A program made the translations under genes and the position numbers. Of a DNA stretch of 64,000 bases, positions 10,560 to 22,421 are shown piece by piece. Position 1 is the stretch's first letter, and each line of letters opens with the position of its first letter. The notes beneath the pieces are model-generated. The model made no database searches. It was not told the origin of the DNA and worked only from the letters and a program-made list of their open reading frames with translations. The stretch is from Podarcis muralis (taxonomy: Eukaryota): contig NC_135658.1 in the NCBI RefSeq assembly GCF_964188315.1, forward strand, positions 22,072,001-22,136,000, given 5' to 3'.

Positions 10560-11167
10560 AGCTTTAATGAAAAGATTGCACCCTCAAATATGTTACATAA
10601 CATTCACCATTATTTCCATCATAGCTTTTTGAAATATTATGTGTTGGTGGTTTTATAATATTTTTAATATATTGTCTCATTTCAACACTAACATTTCTGC
10701 CAACACAGTTATTGGTATAATGTTTGCAATGGCTTTCTAGACAGATGTGAATTCACTCCACAAACGTACAAATATTGCATTTCAATGGCTTTAGAGGATT
10801 GGGTTGTGATTCTATTCCTGTACACCCTAGGTTGCTTTGGGAGAGGATCCGAGATATCCGAGATACCAGCACTCCTTCCATGCATTTCTTTAGCATGGTA
10901 TGATAACATTTCATTCCACTGTACAGATTTCTCCCATTTACATAGGATAGGACTTCTGTCCTGAACAACAAAGAGACTCTCAACATACTGTGAAAGTATA
11001 GGCAAAGATTTTCATATGTGAATATTTCCCTTTGAGATGAACTAAACCAATGCTTGCAGAGTCAAATATAAGTTATACAATAGTACTCATCATACCCATC
11101 ATACCCTTTTGAAACTTTCTGCATTGTTCACTTCTGTGATCTAGAATGATTTTAGTTCCTCTGTTCA

Positions 11168-13324
11168 TTATGATGGAGAGATTCTTGAACTCTTTCTTCT
11201 AACCTTGTTGCTTAGCACAAACCTGTAATACACACCCATGCCAACAGCAGCAGTCACTGTGGAAAGGACCAACACACTTCCTACAATGCTACCTACAATG
11301 ACACCATTCCAGTTTTTTGAAATTGGCCCACTGTCAATGCTGCCCCCATATCCTTTCTTTAGACAGTCAGGAGGGGCCCAACCATAAGAACAATGGCAGT
11401 GTTTGTGGTTGTTGCATATTCCCCTATTATGGCACTTTGTGGCATTACAATCATACTGCAAGAGGGACACATTCTTGCATTCCCTACGAATACACATCAT
11501 GCCAGTGCCACAAGGTGTACCGTCTTCCACTGCTCCAAGATCAGCTACCTCCATTCCACTGTGGTAGTCTGTAGCCCAGCAGTTACTTTTGCCAATGGTG
11601 GTTTGAATGACGGTTTGGTGTTCCTCCAAGGTAGGTAGCCCATAAATATTACTACACTGCATTCGGCCACATAGAATATTTTCAGCTTTGCATTTCTTAA
11701 AAATACCATGTTCAAGGCCACAGTTGCCAAAGCGATCACCTCGAGCATTCAGTCCTCTGAAACAATCCTCTGAAGCTCGTACGGTTTTCTTGCCAAATAT
11801 ATTTTCGCACTGCCCATTAGGAGTACTACAACGACCATGATAGCAATAGACTCCATCACCGCAAGGGGCACCATCTTGTACATAAACATCTTCTGGACAT
11901 TGGTCTGAAGTCCCAGTGCAAAATTCAGGAAGATCACACATGCTAATACTCTTTCTGCAAATGGATCCAGGGGGACGGTACTTGCACCTGTCACAGCACA
12001 GTCCAGAAGAACAATTGGCACATGGACGCAACGTGCAATCTGGCCTGCAACAATAATCCAATCGACACTGTTCAGTTGTACCACAGTCACATTGCTCTCC
12101 TTTTTCCACTACTTTGTTGCCACAGTATTCGAGGTTATACATTTGATCAGGGTCTGGTGGAATCAACAAGCAAGGTGAGTTCCTTCGATTGAAATAGTCA
12201 TAGTAACTGCAGTTGCTAAACTTATCAACATCTGAGTGCCAAGCAGACATAATGCAGGCACGTCGGTCACATTTACAGACAAAATCATCATGGCTCATAC
12301 CAAGATTATGTCCAAATTCATGGGCAAATAGCACAGAAAAATCAAACAAATTGAAATTCTTTGATACTACAACACCAGTAGCGAATTTCTCACTACAAAT
12401 TTGTCCTACATATGCAATTCCAATAACACCTTTATACGACCTGTATACAATTAAGTGAGCAGCATCATTCTTTAGATGGTTAAGTAGAGTGTTACGTCTC
12501 CATATACTGAAAGCATTAAGTGTGGCTCCGATACTTTTATCAACATCTATGAGGTTCTTTTCCGTCCATATCTCCAGTCCTGCTACAGACACGTCAAGAA
12601 ACAGTGGCTCAAAAAATGAATTTATAACATGGGTGGCCTCAAGAATTTTCAGAGCAATATCAGTTTCATTTTTATCAAATTTAACATATCGTTCATGCTC
12701 CACCACAAATGCCACTTCTGCATGTCTCTTGTGTGGCCACCAGAGACCTGCCGGAGCACTTTTGACAGCCACATGCTCTGTGTCCTGGATCATGGCCTCT
12801 TGACGCCTTTGCTCTTCCTCCGTCAACCCACACCTCATGTGCATGGCACCCTCCTCTATTTCCAGCCGATACACCACATGCTGAAAGGTAGCAGATGGCT
12901 GGACAGGTTCAATTTGATATGTCTCATTGTTAAGTTGTAACAGGCCCCTGAGTCCCCCTGAGCAAGTACTGAGAGTGACTGAAGAGAGAGGCTTCTCCTG
13001 TATGAAACCACTGTAGAAACAATCATCCCTGATGTAATGATAGTCACCCAGCAGGTCCCCTTCCTTATTGTATGTGAAGATGGGGAAGTGTTTAGGAACA
13101 ATGCCCTTCTTCTGCTTGAGATGCACCACCTGGCCCTTCCCCTCAATCTGCAGCAGGTAGCTGACATCCTGGGTTTCCTGTAGTCCATACCTGAAGCTCA
13201 GTCTCCTTGGGATGGTCACCTCATAAGAGGCATACCTAAAGCCCTGAGGTGGTGTCTGGCCACCAGTCACACTCAGGAGATTCCTCAAGAACATAATGAG
13301 CAGCCATGCCAGGCTGCCACTCAT
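11168..13324 (-). CDS. ADAM20/21/30-like metalloprotease-disintegrin (copy 2)
   Basis: 718-aa uninterrupted ORF with HEFGHNLGMSHD and the complete domain set. Confidence 0.95.
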   Translation of the reverse strand: MSGSLAWLLIMFLRNLLSVTGGQTPPQGFRYASYEVTIPRRLSFRYGLQETQDVSYLLQIEGKGQVVHLKQKKGIVPKHFPIFTYNKEGDLLGDYHYIRDDCFYSGFIQEKPLSSVTLSTCSGGLRGLLQLNNETYQIEPVQPSATFQHVVYRLEIEEGAMHMRCGLTEEEQRRQEAMIQDTEHVAVKSAPAGLWWPHKRHAEVAFVVEHERYVKFDKNETDIALKILEATHVINSFFEPLFLDVSVAGLEIWTEKNLIDVDKSIGATLNAFSIWRRNTLLNHLKNDAAHLIVYRSYKGVIGIAYVGQICSEKFATGVVVSKNFNLFDFSVLFAHEFGHNLGMSHDDFVCKCDRRACIMSAWHSDVDKFSNCSYYDYFNRRNSPCLLIPPDPDQMYNLEYCGNKVVEKGEQCDCGTTEQCRLDYCCRPDCTLRPCANCSSGLCCDRCKYRPPGSICRKSISMCDLPEFCTGTSDQCPEDVYVQDGAPCGDGVYCYHGRCSTPNGQCENIFGKKTVRASEDCFRGLNARGDRFGNCGLEHGIFKKCKAENILCGRMQCSNIYGLPTLEEHQTVIQTTIGKSNCWATDYHSGMEVADLGAVEDGTPCGTGMMCIRRECKNVSLLQYDCNATKCHNRGICNNHKHCHCSYGWAPPDCLKKGYGGSIDSGPISKNWNGVIVGSIVGSVLVLSTVTAAVGMGVYYRFVLSNKVRRKSSRISPS

Positions 13325-14240
13325 TTTCCAAGAAAGAGGAAATTATCTCTTGAAGCACCACTTCTGGCATCTCATCCCTGAAAGGGAAGCCCCAAACAGT
13401 TGTTACCAGGTTAGTAGATAGATGGGAAGGAGGCTATATGTGAATTAGAAGAGGAGGGAGATATGTTGCCTAGCAACTGCCAGTGTGCTCCGTCTGTGGA
13501 ATGTGGGTGGAGCTTGGAGGATCAAAGATGGAACAGAATGGTAGAGGAAAAGAAGGTTCCTAAGAGGTTTTTGCCTGTGAGGGTTGCATGAAGAAGAGCA
13601 AAAAAGGAGAGAGTCTTATAGCACCCCATGGACGAACAAGTTCTATTTCAGCATCAGTCAGTGGACATGAGCTCACTTCATACATTGGATGGGTCATAAT
13701 CCTCAGTTGTCAGGTATGGAACATTAAAAGTACTTTCTGTGACAATTCAACTAGTGTTTAAATATATGCAAAACATAAAAATAACTGGTGATAGAACAAT
13801 CATCTTTGCATTGCTGAGTTCCTTTTCAGCTCTGAGGCAGAACCTCCTCTTCACTTGGCCAGTTGAAGAAGCCCAGGTGAGCAAAGTGCTTCTTTCGGTC
13901 ACAGTTTTTACTCGTCCACCTCATTCAGAGAAGGGAAGCCAGCAGGGAGTGCTCAGTCAAAACCACCCGGATGAGTGAATGGCCCCTCTAATCCCTTCCA
14001 ATCCCCTCAGCATCTTCCTTTTTTGCACACCAAACTGTGGCCTCCCTTAATGGGAGATTCCATGCGCCCCTTTTGACTGGAGATACAACAAGAGATTCAT
14101 TCTGGATCTTCTGCGTACAATATATGGTGTACACCACTGAACTATGGATCTTCCCATCCTTAAATAAGTAAGGGAAATGCAAACTCTTAGGGTCATGTGA
14201 AATATTTTAGAAAGGGGATCTAGCATTTCCAGAGAGCATC

Positions 14241-15038
14241 TTGTTGTTGTGTAGTCGTTTAGTCGTGTCCGACTCTTTGTGAACTCATGGACCAGAGCAT
14301 GCCAAGCACTCCTGTCTTCCACTGCCTCCCACAGTTTGGTCTAACTCATGCTAGTAGCTTCAATAACACTGTCCAACCATCTCGTCCTCTGTTGTCCCCT
14401 TCTCCTTGTGCCCTCAATCTTTCCCAGCATCGTGGTCTTTTCCAGGGAGTCTTCTCTTCTCATGAGGTGGCCAAAGTACTGAAGCCTCAGCTTCAGAATC
14501 TATCCTTCCAGTGAGCACTCAGTGCTGATTTCTTTCAGAACGGATAGGTTTGATTTTTTGCAGTCCATGGAACTCTCAAGAGTCTCCTCCAGCACCATAA
14601 TTCAAAAGCATCAATTCTTCGGCGATCAGCCTTCTTTATGGTCCAGCTCTCACTTCCATACATCACTACTGGGAAAGCCATAGCTTTAACTACATGGACC
14701 TTTGTTGGCAAGGTGATGTCTCTGGTTTAAGATGCTGTCTAGGTTTCTCATTGGTTTTCCCAAGAAGCAGGTGTCTTTTAATTTTGTGACTGCTGTCACC
14801 ATCTGCAGTGATCATGGAGCCCAAGAAAGTAAAATCTCTCACTGCCTCCATTTCTTCCCCTTCTATTTGCCAGGAGGTGATGGGCCCAGTGGCCATGATC
14901 TTAGTTTTTTTGATGTTGAGCTTCATACCGTATTTTGCACTCTCCTCTTTCACCCTCATTAAAAGGTTCTTTAATTCCTCCTCACCTTCTGTCATCAAGG
15001 TTGTGTCATCTGTATATCTGAGGTTGTTGATATTTCTT
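14241..15038 (-). mobile_element. BovB (RTE) LINE, 5'-truncated
   Basis: Contains the RT end (RYTDDTTLM...) and the BovB 3' end with (CAA)n tail (ttgttgttg at 14241). Confidence 0.9.
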
Positions 15039-16210
15039 AGTTTTATCAAAAAGTGTATTGGCTTCCCTAAAAATAGTTCATTTTGAGGAAAACACCAATT
15101 TATTTCATAATTTGCTCTCTGTTAATTAGAAATATGCTAGAATACTGTTTACTTGGTTTCCCAGTATTAGATTTATAAAGTCTTTAATGTGTGAAGTGCA
15201 AAAAATATTTTGCATTTATATGCATTGGTGTTTTAAATACACAAGTCTTGAGCCATTTTTACATGTAATGGGAGTTAAATACAGGGGCATTTGTAAACCG
15301 TGTATAAACTCAGAGGGCAAGTAAGGGCTACCTTTTGACCTGGGTGAAAGCAGGTTTCCCATAATATTCTCCCTCACAGTTGTGTCTCAATACTTCAATT
15401 AGAGATAGGCAAGTTATTCTGAGCTCACTTCAGATTATCTTGAAAATTTTCTGAGACCTTCCCCCAAAATCAGAAGTTGTTATTGAAAGATAGAACTAAT
15501 CAGCACATTGAGCTGGATGCTCAGCTAGTGGAATATTTTCTCCCCAAAGCTCTAAAAAGATCTAAAAAGCAAAGCGCTAATTAGCTACTTATTAGAGACA
15601 GCCAGACTGACCATTACATGATTCTAGAAAAAAAAATATGTGCCGACAGTATGACTCAGGACCCCTGAAGGGATTTATGAAGCTCATATCTCCTTTGAAG
15701 CCAGATTTTACTTCACTGGCACCCATGGCAGTTGCCATGAGCATGGATCCAATTCTCCTGGTCTTTCCCACATGATCAGCACTGCTTGCTCTCAGTTGCT
15801 GATGATGTGAGAAAGACAGGCATGCAAGAGAGGATATGATAGAGGAGTATGAAACAGTATCCCTCGGGAGGTGGTGGAATTTCCTCCTTGGAGGTTTTTA
15901 ATCAGAGGTTGGATGACCCTCTGTCATGGATGCTTTAGCTGAGATTCCTGCATTGCAAGGGGTTGGACTAGATGAACCTTGAGAGCCTTCCAACCCATGA
16001 TTCTATGGAGAAACAAGACTAGAACATGAAGACATTCAAAGAAGTTGAAGGATGGAAAATACAAGACAGAAAAACCCATTTACATAGTGCATACTTAAAC
16101 AGTAGAATTTGTTCTCAAAAGGTACAGTGACGGTCACCAGCTTTGGTTGCTTTTTAGAGGATTAGACAAATTCCTAGCACATAAGGATATTAACATCTAC
16201 GAGCCACAAT

Positions 16211-16466
16211 AGAAGGAGGAGGAGGAGGAGTCTGGACTTGATAGCCCACCTTTCACTCCCCTTAAGGAGTCTCAAAGTGGCTAACCATCTCCTTTCCCTT
16301 CCTCCCCAACAACAAAAACTCTGTGAGGTGAGTGGGGCTGAGAGACTTCAGAGAAGTGTGATTAGCCCAAGGTCTCCCAGCAGCTGCATGTGGAGGAGTT
16401 GGGAAGAGAACCCGGTTCCCCAGATTATGTGTCCACCGCTCTTAACCACGACACCACACTGGCTCT
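16211..16466 (-). mobile_element. Squam3-like SINE (duplicated with the unit)
   Basis: Paralog of 8636-8892 with the same flanks. Confidence 0.8.
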
Positions 16467-16616
16467 GTATGATGTCCAGTGTTGGAGCCAGTATGGCTCT
16501 GAACAGGGCCAGCCCACCTATGGGGCAAGGTGAGCCGACCACCTCAGGTAAGGTTGATTTGATTTCCCCACCTTGTTTGTGATGTAGATCTTCACTCCCC
16601 CATTTCTTCCCAGTGG

Positions 16617-17135
16617 TGTCATGGACAGGGCAGAGGAGGAAGAATGGTAGAGACCACCGCTGCAGGCTTTGACTAGAGAGGAGGAATGGGCAGGTAGCAT
16701 AGACCTCCAGGAGTGGTTTGGCACAGAGCATACATGTAAGGGAGATGAGGGCAAAAGGGGAGAGGAGGAGGAGGAGAACATGGACAGGATTCAGCAGGAG
16801 GAGGCTGAGCAGCAGTTGAATGAGATCCTGTCACTGGAGAGTATCCCAGAACCCGTACCCTCCCCCCCCAAAAAAAACCAGGCATTCGCTGAGTCTCGTC
16901 GAACAGGGAGCTCAGAGGCAACTGTCTCATACCAGTCACAGTCAGAGGCAGGAGGAAAAGTCAGATGAACAGGAAAGTAACGGAGAAGGGGGGCGGAAAT
17001 TCACTAGGGGCAACATTAGGTGCATCTTGAATTCTTCTCTGCAAATTGTATTATAAGCAGAACTGAAAAAGCTTGCTGTTTCTCTATCTCGGAGCCTTCT
17101 TGGGAATCGACCACAGCTGCCGACAGTACCCTGAC
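16617..17135 (+). mobile_element. LTR-like element (duplicated with the unit)
   Basis: Paralog of 9030-9539. It runs on to ...CCCTGAC at 17135. Confidence 0.5.
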
Positions 17136-17953
17136 TTCATTCCCTGCTTGTCCCTCATGTGGCTCATCACCCATCCCTTCTTCCATGGCGGGGGGGGGGG
17201 GATTTTGTATATTCCGCGTTAAAGTAGAGAGATGGTCTCAAAATATCTGAAAAGGTCTTCCCCCCAAAATGGTTTGTGGATAAACCAAAGATTACGCTGT
17301 GTGACACATTTTATCAACAAACTGTTAAAACAAAAAACTTTAATGAAAAAATTGCACCCTCAAATATGTTACAAAACATCCACCATTATTTCCATAATAG
17401 CTTTTTGAAATATTATGTGTTGCTGGTTTTATAATGTTTTTAATATATTGTCTCATTTCAACACTAACATTTCTGCCAACACAGTTATTGGTATAATGTT
17501 TGCAATGGCTTTCTAGACAGATGTGAATTCACTCCACAAACATACAAATATTGCATTTCAATGGCTTGAGAGGATTGGGTTGTGATTCTATCCCTGTACA
17601 CCCAAGGTTACTTTGAGTGAAAATCTGAGATATTCAAAATACCAGCACTGCTTCCATGCATTTCTTTAGCATGGTAATGCTCCTGTATGACAACATTCCA
17701 TTGCGCTGGACAGATTTCTCCCACTCAACATAGGATAGGACTTCTGTCCTGAACAACAAAGAGACTCTCAAAATACTGTGAAAGTATAAACAAAGATTTC
17801 CATGTGAATATTTCCACTTGAGATGAACTGAACCAATGCTTACAGAGTCAAATATATGTTATATAATAGTGCTCATTATACCCATCATACCCTTTTGAAA
17901 CTTTCTGCATTGTTCGCTTCTGTGATCTAGAGTGGTTTTAGTTCCTCTGTTCA

Positions 17954-20110
17954 TTATGATGGAGAGATTCTTGAACTCTTTCTTCTAACCTTGTTGCTTA
18001 GCACAAACCTGTAATACACACCCATGCCAACAGCAGCAGTCACCGTGAAAAGGACTAACACACTTCCTATAATACTACCTACACTGACACCATTCCAGTT
18101 TTTTGAAATTGGCCCACTATCAATGCTGCCTCCATATCCTTTCTTTAGACAGTTAGGAGGGGCCCAACCATAAGAACAATGGCAGTGTTTGTGGTTGTTG
18201 CATATTCCCCTATTATGGCACTTTGTGGCATTGCAATCATACTGCAAGAGGGACACATTCTTGCATTCCCTACTAATACACATCATGCCAGTGCCACAAG
18301 GTGTACCGTCTTCCACTGCTCCAAGATCAGCTACCTCCATTCCACTGTGGTAGTCTGTAGCCCAGCAGTTACTTTTGCCAATGGTGGTTTGAATGATGGT
18401 TTGGTGTTCCTCCAAGGTAGGTACACTATGGATATTACTACACTGCATTCTGCCACATAGAATATTTTCAGCTTTGCATTTCTTAAAAATACCATGTTCA
18501 AGGCCACAATTTCCAAAGCGATCACCTTGAACATTCAGTCCTCTGAAACAATCCTCTGAAGCTCGTACGGTTTTCTTACCAAATATCTTTTCACACTGCC
18601 CATTGGGAGTAGTACAATGACCATGGTAGCAATAGACTCCATCACCGCAAGGGGCACCATCTTGTACATAAACATCTTCTGGACACTGATCTGAAGTCCC
18701 AGTGCAAAACTCAGGCAGGTCACAGATGCCAATACTCTTTCTGCAAATGGATCCAGCGGGACGGTACTTGCACATGGCACAGCACAGTCCAGAAGAACAA
18801 TTGGCACATGGACGCAACGTGCAATCTGGCCTGCAACATCGATCCGATTGACACTGTGCAGCTGAACCGCAGTCACATTGCTCTCCTTTTTCCACTACTT
18901 TGTTCCCACAGTATTCGAGGTTATAGATTTGATCAGGGTCTGGTGGAATCAACAAGCAAGGTGAGTCCTTTCGATTGAAATATCTATGGTAACTGCAGTT
19001 GCTAAACTTATCAGTCCGTGAGTGCCAAGCGGCCATAATGCAGGCACGTCGATCACATTTACAGTCCGAACTATCATGGGGCATACCAAGATTATGCCCA
19101 AATTCATGGGCGAATAGCACAGAAAAATCAAACAAATTGAAATATATTGATACTTCAAGAGCAGTGGCCCAATATTTACTACAAATTTGTCCTACATATG
19201 CTAGTCCGATAGTACTTCCATACGACCTGTATACAATTAAGTGAGCAGCATCATTCTTTAGATGGTTAAGTAGAGTGCTACGGCTCCATATACTAAAAGC
19301 TTTAAGTGTGGCACCTATTCCATCATCAACATCTATGAGGTTCTTTTCTGACCATATCTCCAGTCCTGCTATAGACACTTCAACTAAAAATGGCTCAAAA
19401 AATGAATTTACCATATGGATGGTCTCAAGAAGTTTCATAGCAATATCAGTTTCATTTTTATTAAACTTAACATATCGTTCATGCTCCACCACAAATGCCA
19501 CTTCTGCATGTCTCTTGTGTGGCCACCAGAGTCCTGCTGGAGCACTTTTGACAGCCACATGCTCTGCGTCCTGGATCATGGCCTCTTGACGCCTTTGCTC
19601 TTCCTCCGTCAACCCACACCTCATGTGCATGGCACCCTCCTCTATTTCCAGCTGATACACCACATGCTGAAAGGTAGCAGATGGCTGGACAGGTTCAATT
19701 TGATATGTCTCATTGTTAAGTTGTAACAGGCCCCTGAGTCCCCCTGAGCAAGTGCTGATAGTGACTGAAGAGAGAGGCTTGTCCTGTATGAAGCCACTGT
19801 AGAAACAATCATCACTGATGTAATGATAGTCACCCAGGAGGTCCCCTTCCTTATTGTATGTGAAGATGGGGAAGTGTTTAGGAACAATGCCCTTCTTCTG
19901 CTTGAGATGCACCACCTGGCCCTTCCCCTCAATCTGCAGCAGGTAGCTGACATCCAGGGTTTCCTGTAGTCCATACCTGAAGCTCAGTTTCCTTGGGATG
20001 GTCACCTCATAAGAGGCATACCTAAAGCCCTGAGGTGGTGTCTGGCCACGGGTCTCAATCAGGAGATTCCTCAAGAACATAATGAGCAGCCATGCCAGAC
20101 TGCCACTCAT
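17954..20110 (-). CDS. ADAM20/21/30-like metalloprotease-disintegrin (copy 3)
   Basis: 718-aa uninterrupted ORF with HEFGHNLGMPHD and the complete domain set. Confidence 0.95.
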   Translation of the reverse strand: MSGSLAWLLIMFLRNLLIETRGQTPPQGFRYASYEVTIPRKLSFRYGLQETLDVSYLLQIEGKGQVVHLKQKKGIVPKHFPIFTYNKEGDLLGDYHYISDDCFYSGFIQDKPLSSVTISTCSGGLRGLLQLNNETYQIEPVQPSATFQHVVYQLEIEEGAMHMRCGLTEEEQRRQEAMIQDAEHVAVKSAPAGLWWPHKRHAEVAFVVEHERYVKFNKNETDIAMKLLETIHMVNSFFEPFLVEVSIAGLEIWSEKNLIDVDDGIGATLKAFSIWSRSTLLNHLKNDAAHLIVYRSYGSTIGLAYVGQICSKYWATALEVSIYFNLFDFSVLFAHEFGHNLGMPHDSSDCKCDRRACIMAAWHSRTDKFSNCSYHRYFNRKDSPCLLIPPDPDQIYNLEYCGNKVVEKGEQCDCGSAAQCQSDRCCRPDCTLRPCANCSSGLCCAMCKYRPAGSICRKSIGICDLPEFCTGTSDQCPEDVYVQDGAPCGDGVYCYHGHCTTPNGQCEKIFGKKTVRASEDCFRGLNVQGDRFGNCGLEHGIFKKCKAENILCGRMQCSNIHSVPTLEEHQTIIQTTIGKSNCWATDYHSGMEVADLGAVEDGTPCGTGMMCISRECKNVSLLQYDCNATKCHNRGICNNHKHCHCSYGWAPPNCLKKGYGGSIDSGPISKNWNGVSVGSIIGSVLVLFTVTAAVGMGVYYRFVLSNKVRRKSSRISPS

Positions 20111-21519
20111 TTTCCAAGAAAGAGGAAAGAAGCTCTTGAAGCACCACCTCTGGCATCTTATCCCTGAAAGGGAAGCTCCAAACAGTTGTTACCAGGTTAG
20201 TAGATAGATGGGAAGGAGGCTATATGTGAATTAGAAGAGGAGGGAGATATGTTGCCTAGCAACTGCCAGTGTGCTCCGTCTGTGGAATGTGGGTGGAGCT
20301 TCGAGGATCAAAGAAGGAACAGAATGGCAGAGGAAGAGCAGGGAAGAAAATATTCCTAAGAAGTTTCTGCCTGGGAGGGTTGCAGGAAGAAGAGGGAAAA
20401 AAGAGAGTCTTATAGCACCCCATGGACGAACAAGTTCTATTTCAGCATCAGTCAGTGGACATGAGCTCACTTCATACATTGGATGGGTCATAATCCTCTG
20501 TTGTCACGTATGGAACATTAAAAGTACTTTCTGTGACAATTCAACTAGTGTTTAAATGTATGCAAAACATAAAAATAACTGGTGATAGAACAATCATCTT
20601 TGCATTGCTGAGTTCCTTTTCAGCTCTGAGGCAAAAGCTCCTCTTCACTTGCCCAGGTGAAGAAGCCCAGGTGAGCAATGTGCTTCTTCTAGCAACAGTT
20701 TTTACTCATCCACCTCATTTATATGCACTGGTGTTTTACGTGTAATGGGAGTTAAATACAGGGGGATTTGAAAACCCTGTATAAGCTCAGAGGGCAAATA
20801 AGGGCTACCTTTTGACCTCGGTGAAAGCTGGTTTCCCATAATATTCTCCCTCACAGTTGTGTTGTGTCTGAATACTTCAATTAGAGATAGGCAAGTTATT
20901 CTGAGCTCACTTCAGATTAACTTGAAAATGTTCTGAGACCTTCCCCCCAAATCAGAAGATCTTATTGAAAGATAGAACTAATCAGCACATAGAGCTGGAT
21001 CTTCAGCTAGTGGAATATTTTCTCCCCAAAGCTACAAAGAACTAAAAAGCAATGCTCTAATTTGCTACTTATTAGAATAAGCCAGACTGACCATTACATG
21101 ATGGTGGGGGGGGGGGGATGACAGCCTACTGGTATAACAAAATGTGGAATATTGTGCTAGTGGGAAAACTGGCAAACAAAGTAAGAATAACCAAGGTCGT
21201 TGTTGTTGTTTTTAAGGCCAAGCTTCTTGATGGAATAGTTTGATTTTCTTATATACATTACAAGGCAGGAATCATCCTGGACAACAGTATGCGAGGGTGA
21301 AAAAGCCCAGGGGATCATGGGTAAGCTGGGCATTGTAGGCAACTAAGTGAAATTCAGAGTCGAAGGAAAGCAATGGGCATAATCCGTCCATAAATTGCAG
21401 AAGGTCTACTCTGAGTATGACTCCAGCTCAAGGGTTTTATAAATCTCATATCTCCATGATTCTATGGAGAAACAAGACTAGAACATGAAGACATTCAGTG
21501 AAGCTGAAGGATGGAAGAT

Positions 21520-22421
21520 GAATGAATGAATCTTTATTTGCGTCAGCCAACGGCCATAGCAACAAAACAACAATACGACACACAAAGAATAGAAATAAAA
21601 AGTCAATTATATAAAATACATTTTAGAGTTTTGAATCAATAGTCAGATAGTGGATCAATAATCTCAATACTTAAAACTTGGCAGAGGTGATAAAATAATA
21701 GTAGTAAAACATAATGATAATAATAATAAGATCCTAGGCAAGGAATCCGGGTGACGACACTAATGTCATTCAGATGGCAGCTCTCAGTCTCATTGCTCTC
21801 TCGATAAATTTGGCAACCTTCTCTGTTGTCGAGCTGTTCTGGTCGGCTAGGAGTGAGAACAGTTTGGCTTCACAAGAGTGGCCCGGGATGGCAGATAGGA
21901 GCGGGGTGATGGTCTCATCCCTGAGATCTTTATATAGGGAGCAAGACAAGAGAACGTGTGACACAGTCTCTACGTAGCCAGCTCCACAAGGGGCAGAGCT
22001 GGTTCTCGAATGAAATTTTTTGATATCTACCTTCAAGAACAGCTGAGGGTAACATATTTAGTCTGGCCAGTGTAAAGGCCCGCCTGAGTTTTGGAATGGT
22101 TAAGGTAGACAAATAAGGTGCCCGAAAATCAAAGTGGGAGGGGGGCAGATAAGCGTACCAAGCACTAAATTTCTTAATATAGGCCAGGTTATTCTGCTGC
22201 TCAATATCCTTCATTCGCTGGTCAATAATAGTTTTTGCCTTAGGGAGACCCATTTTCAGGAGATGCTGTGCTTGGAGGCCACATATAAGTAGCTTTTGAT
22301 GCACTACTTTGGACCACCGACTTCTATGAGCATCTCGTGCTACTAAAGATAGTAGTCCGGATGGGTTTAAATTTAAGCGAAGCCAATAGTTAAATGTTCT
22401 TAACCAGGTTCGGGTTTTGAC
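21520..22421 (-). mobile_element. 5'-truncated non-LTR retrotransposon (RTE-X- or Crack/Daphne-like; clade uncertain)
   Basis: 14-bp TSD GAAGGATGGAAGAT (21506-21519, 22422-22435). The 3' end is AATAAAG+(ATTC)n. The frameshifted C-terminus reads RRAFTLARLNMLPSAVLEGRY...LCPCGAGYVETVSHVLLSC (Cys/His motif). Confidence 0.75.

Noticed and set aside
15620-15665. Footprint of a deleted sixth ADAM copy (junction shared with the copy-1 3' flank)
   Set aside because: It is more simply explained by a microhomology deletion in the copy-1 flank between TGCCGACA and TGCCAACA.
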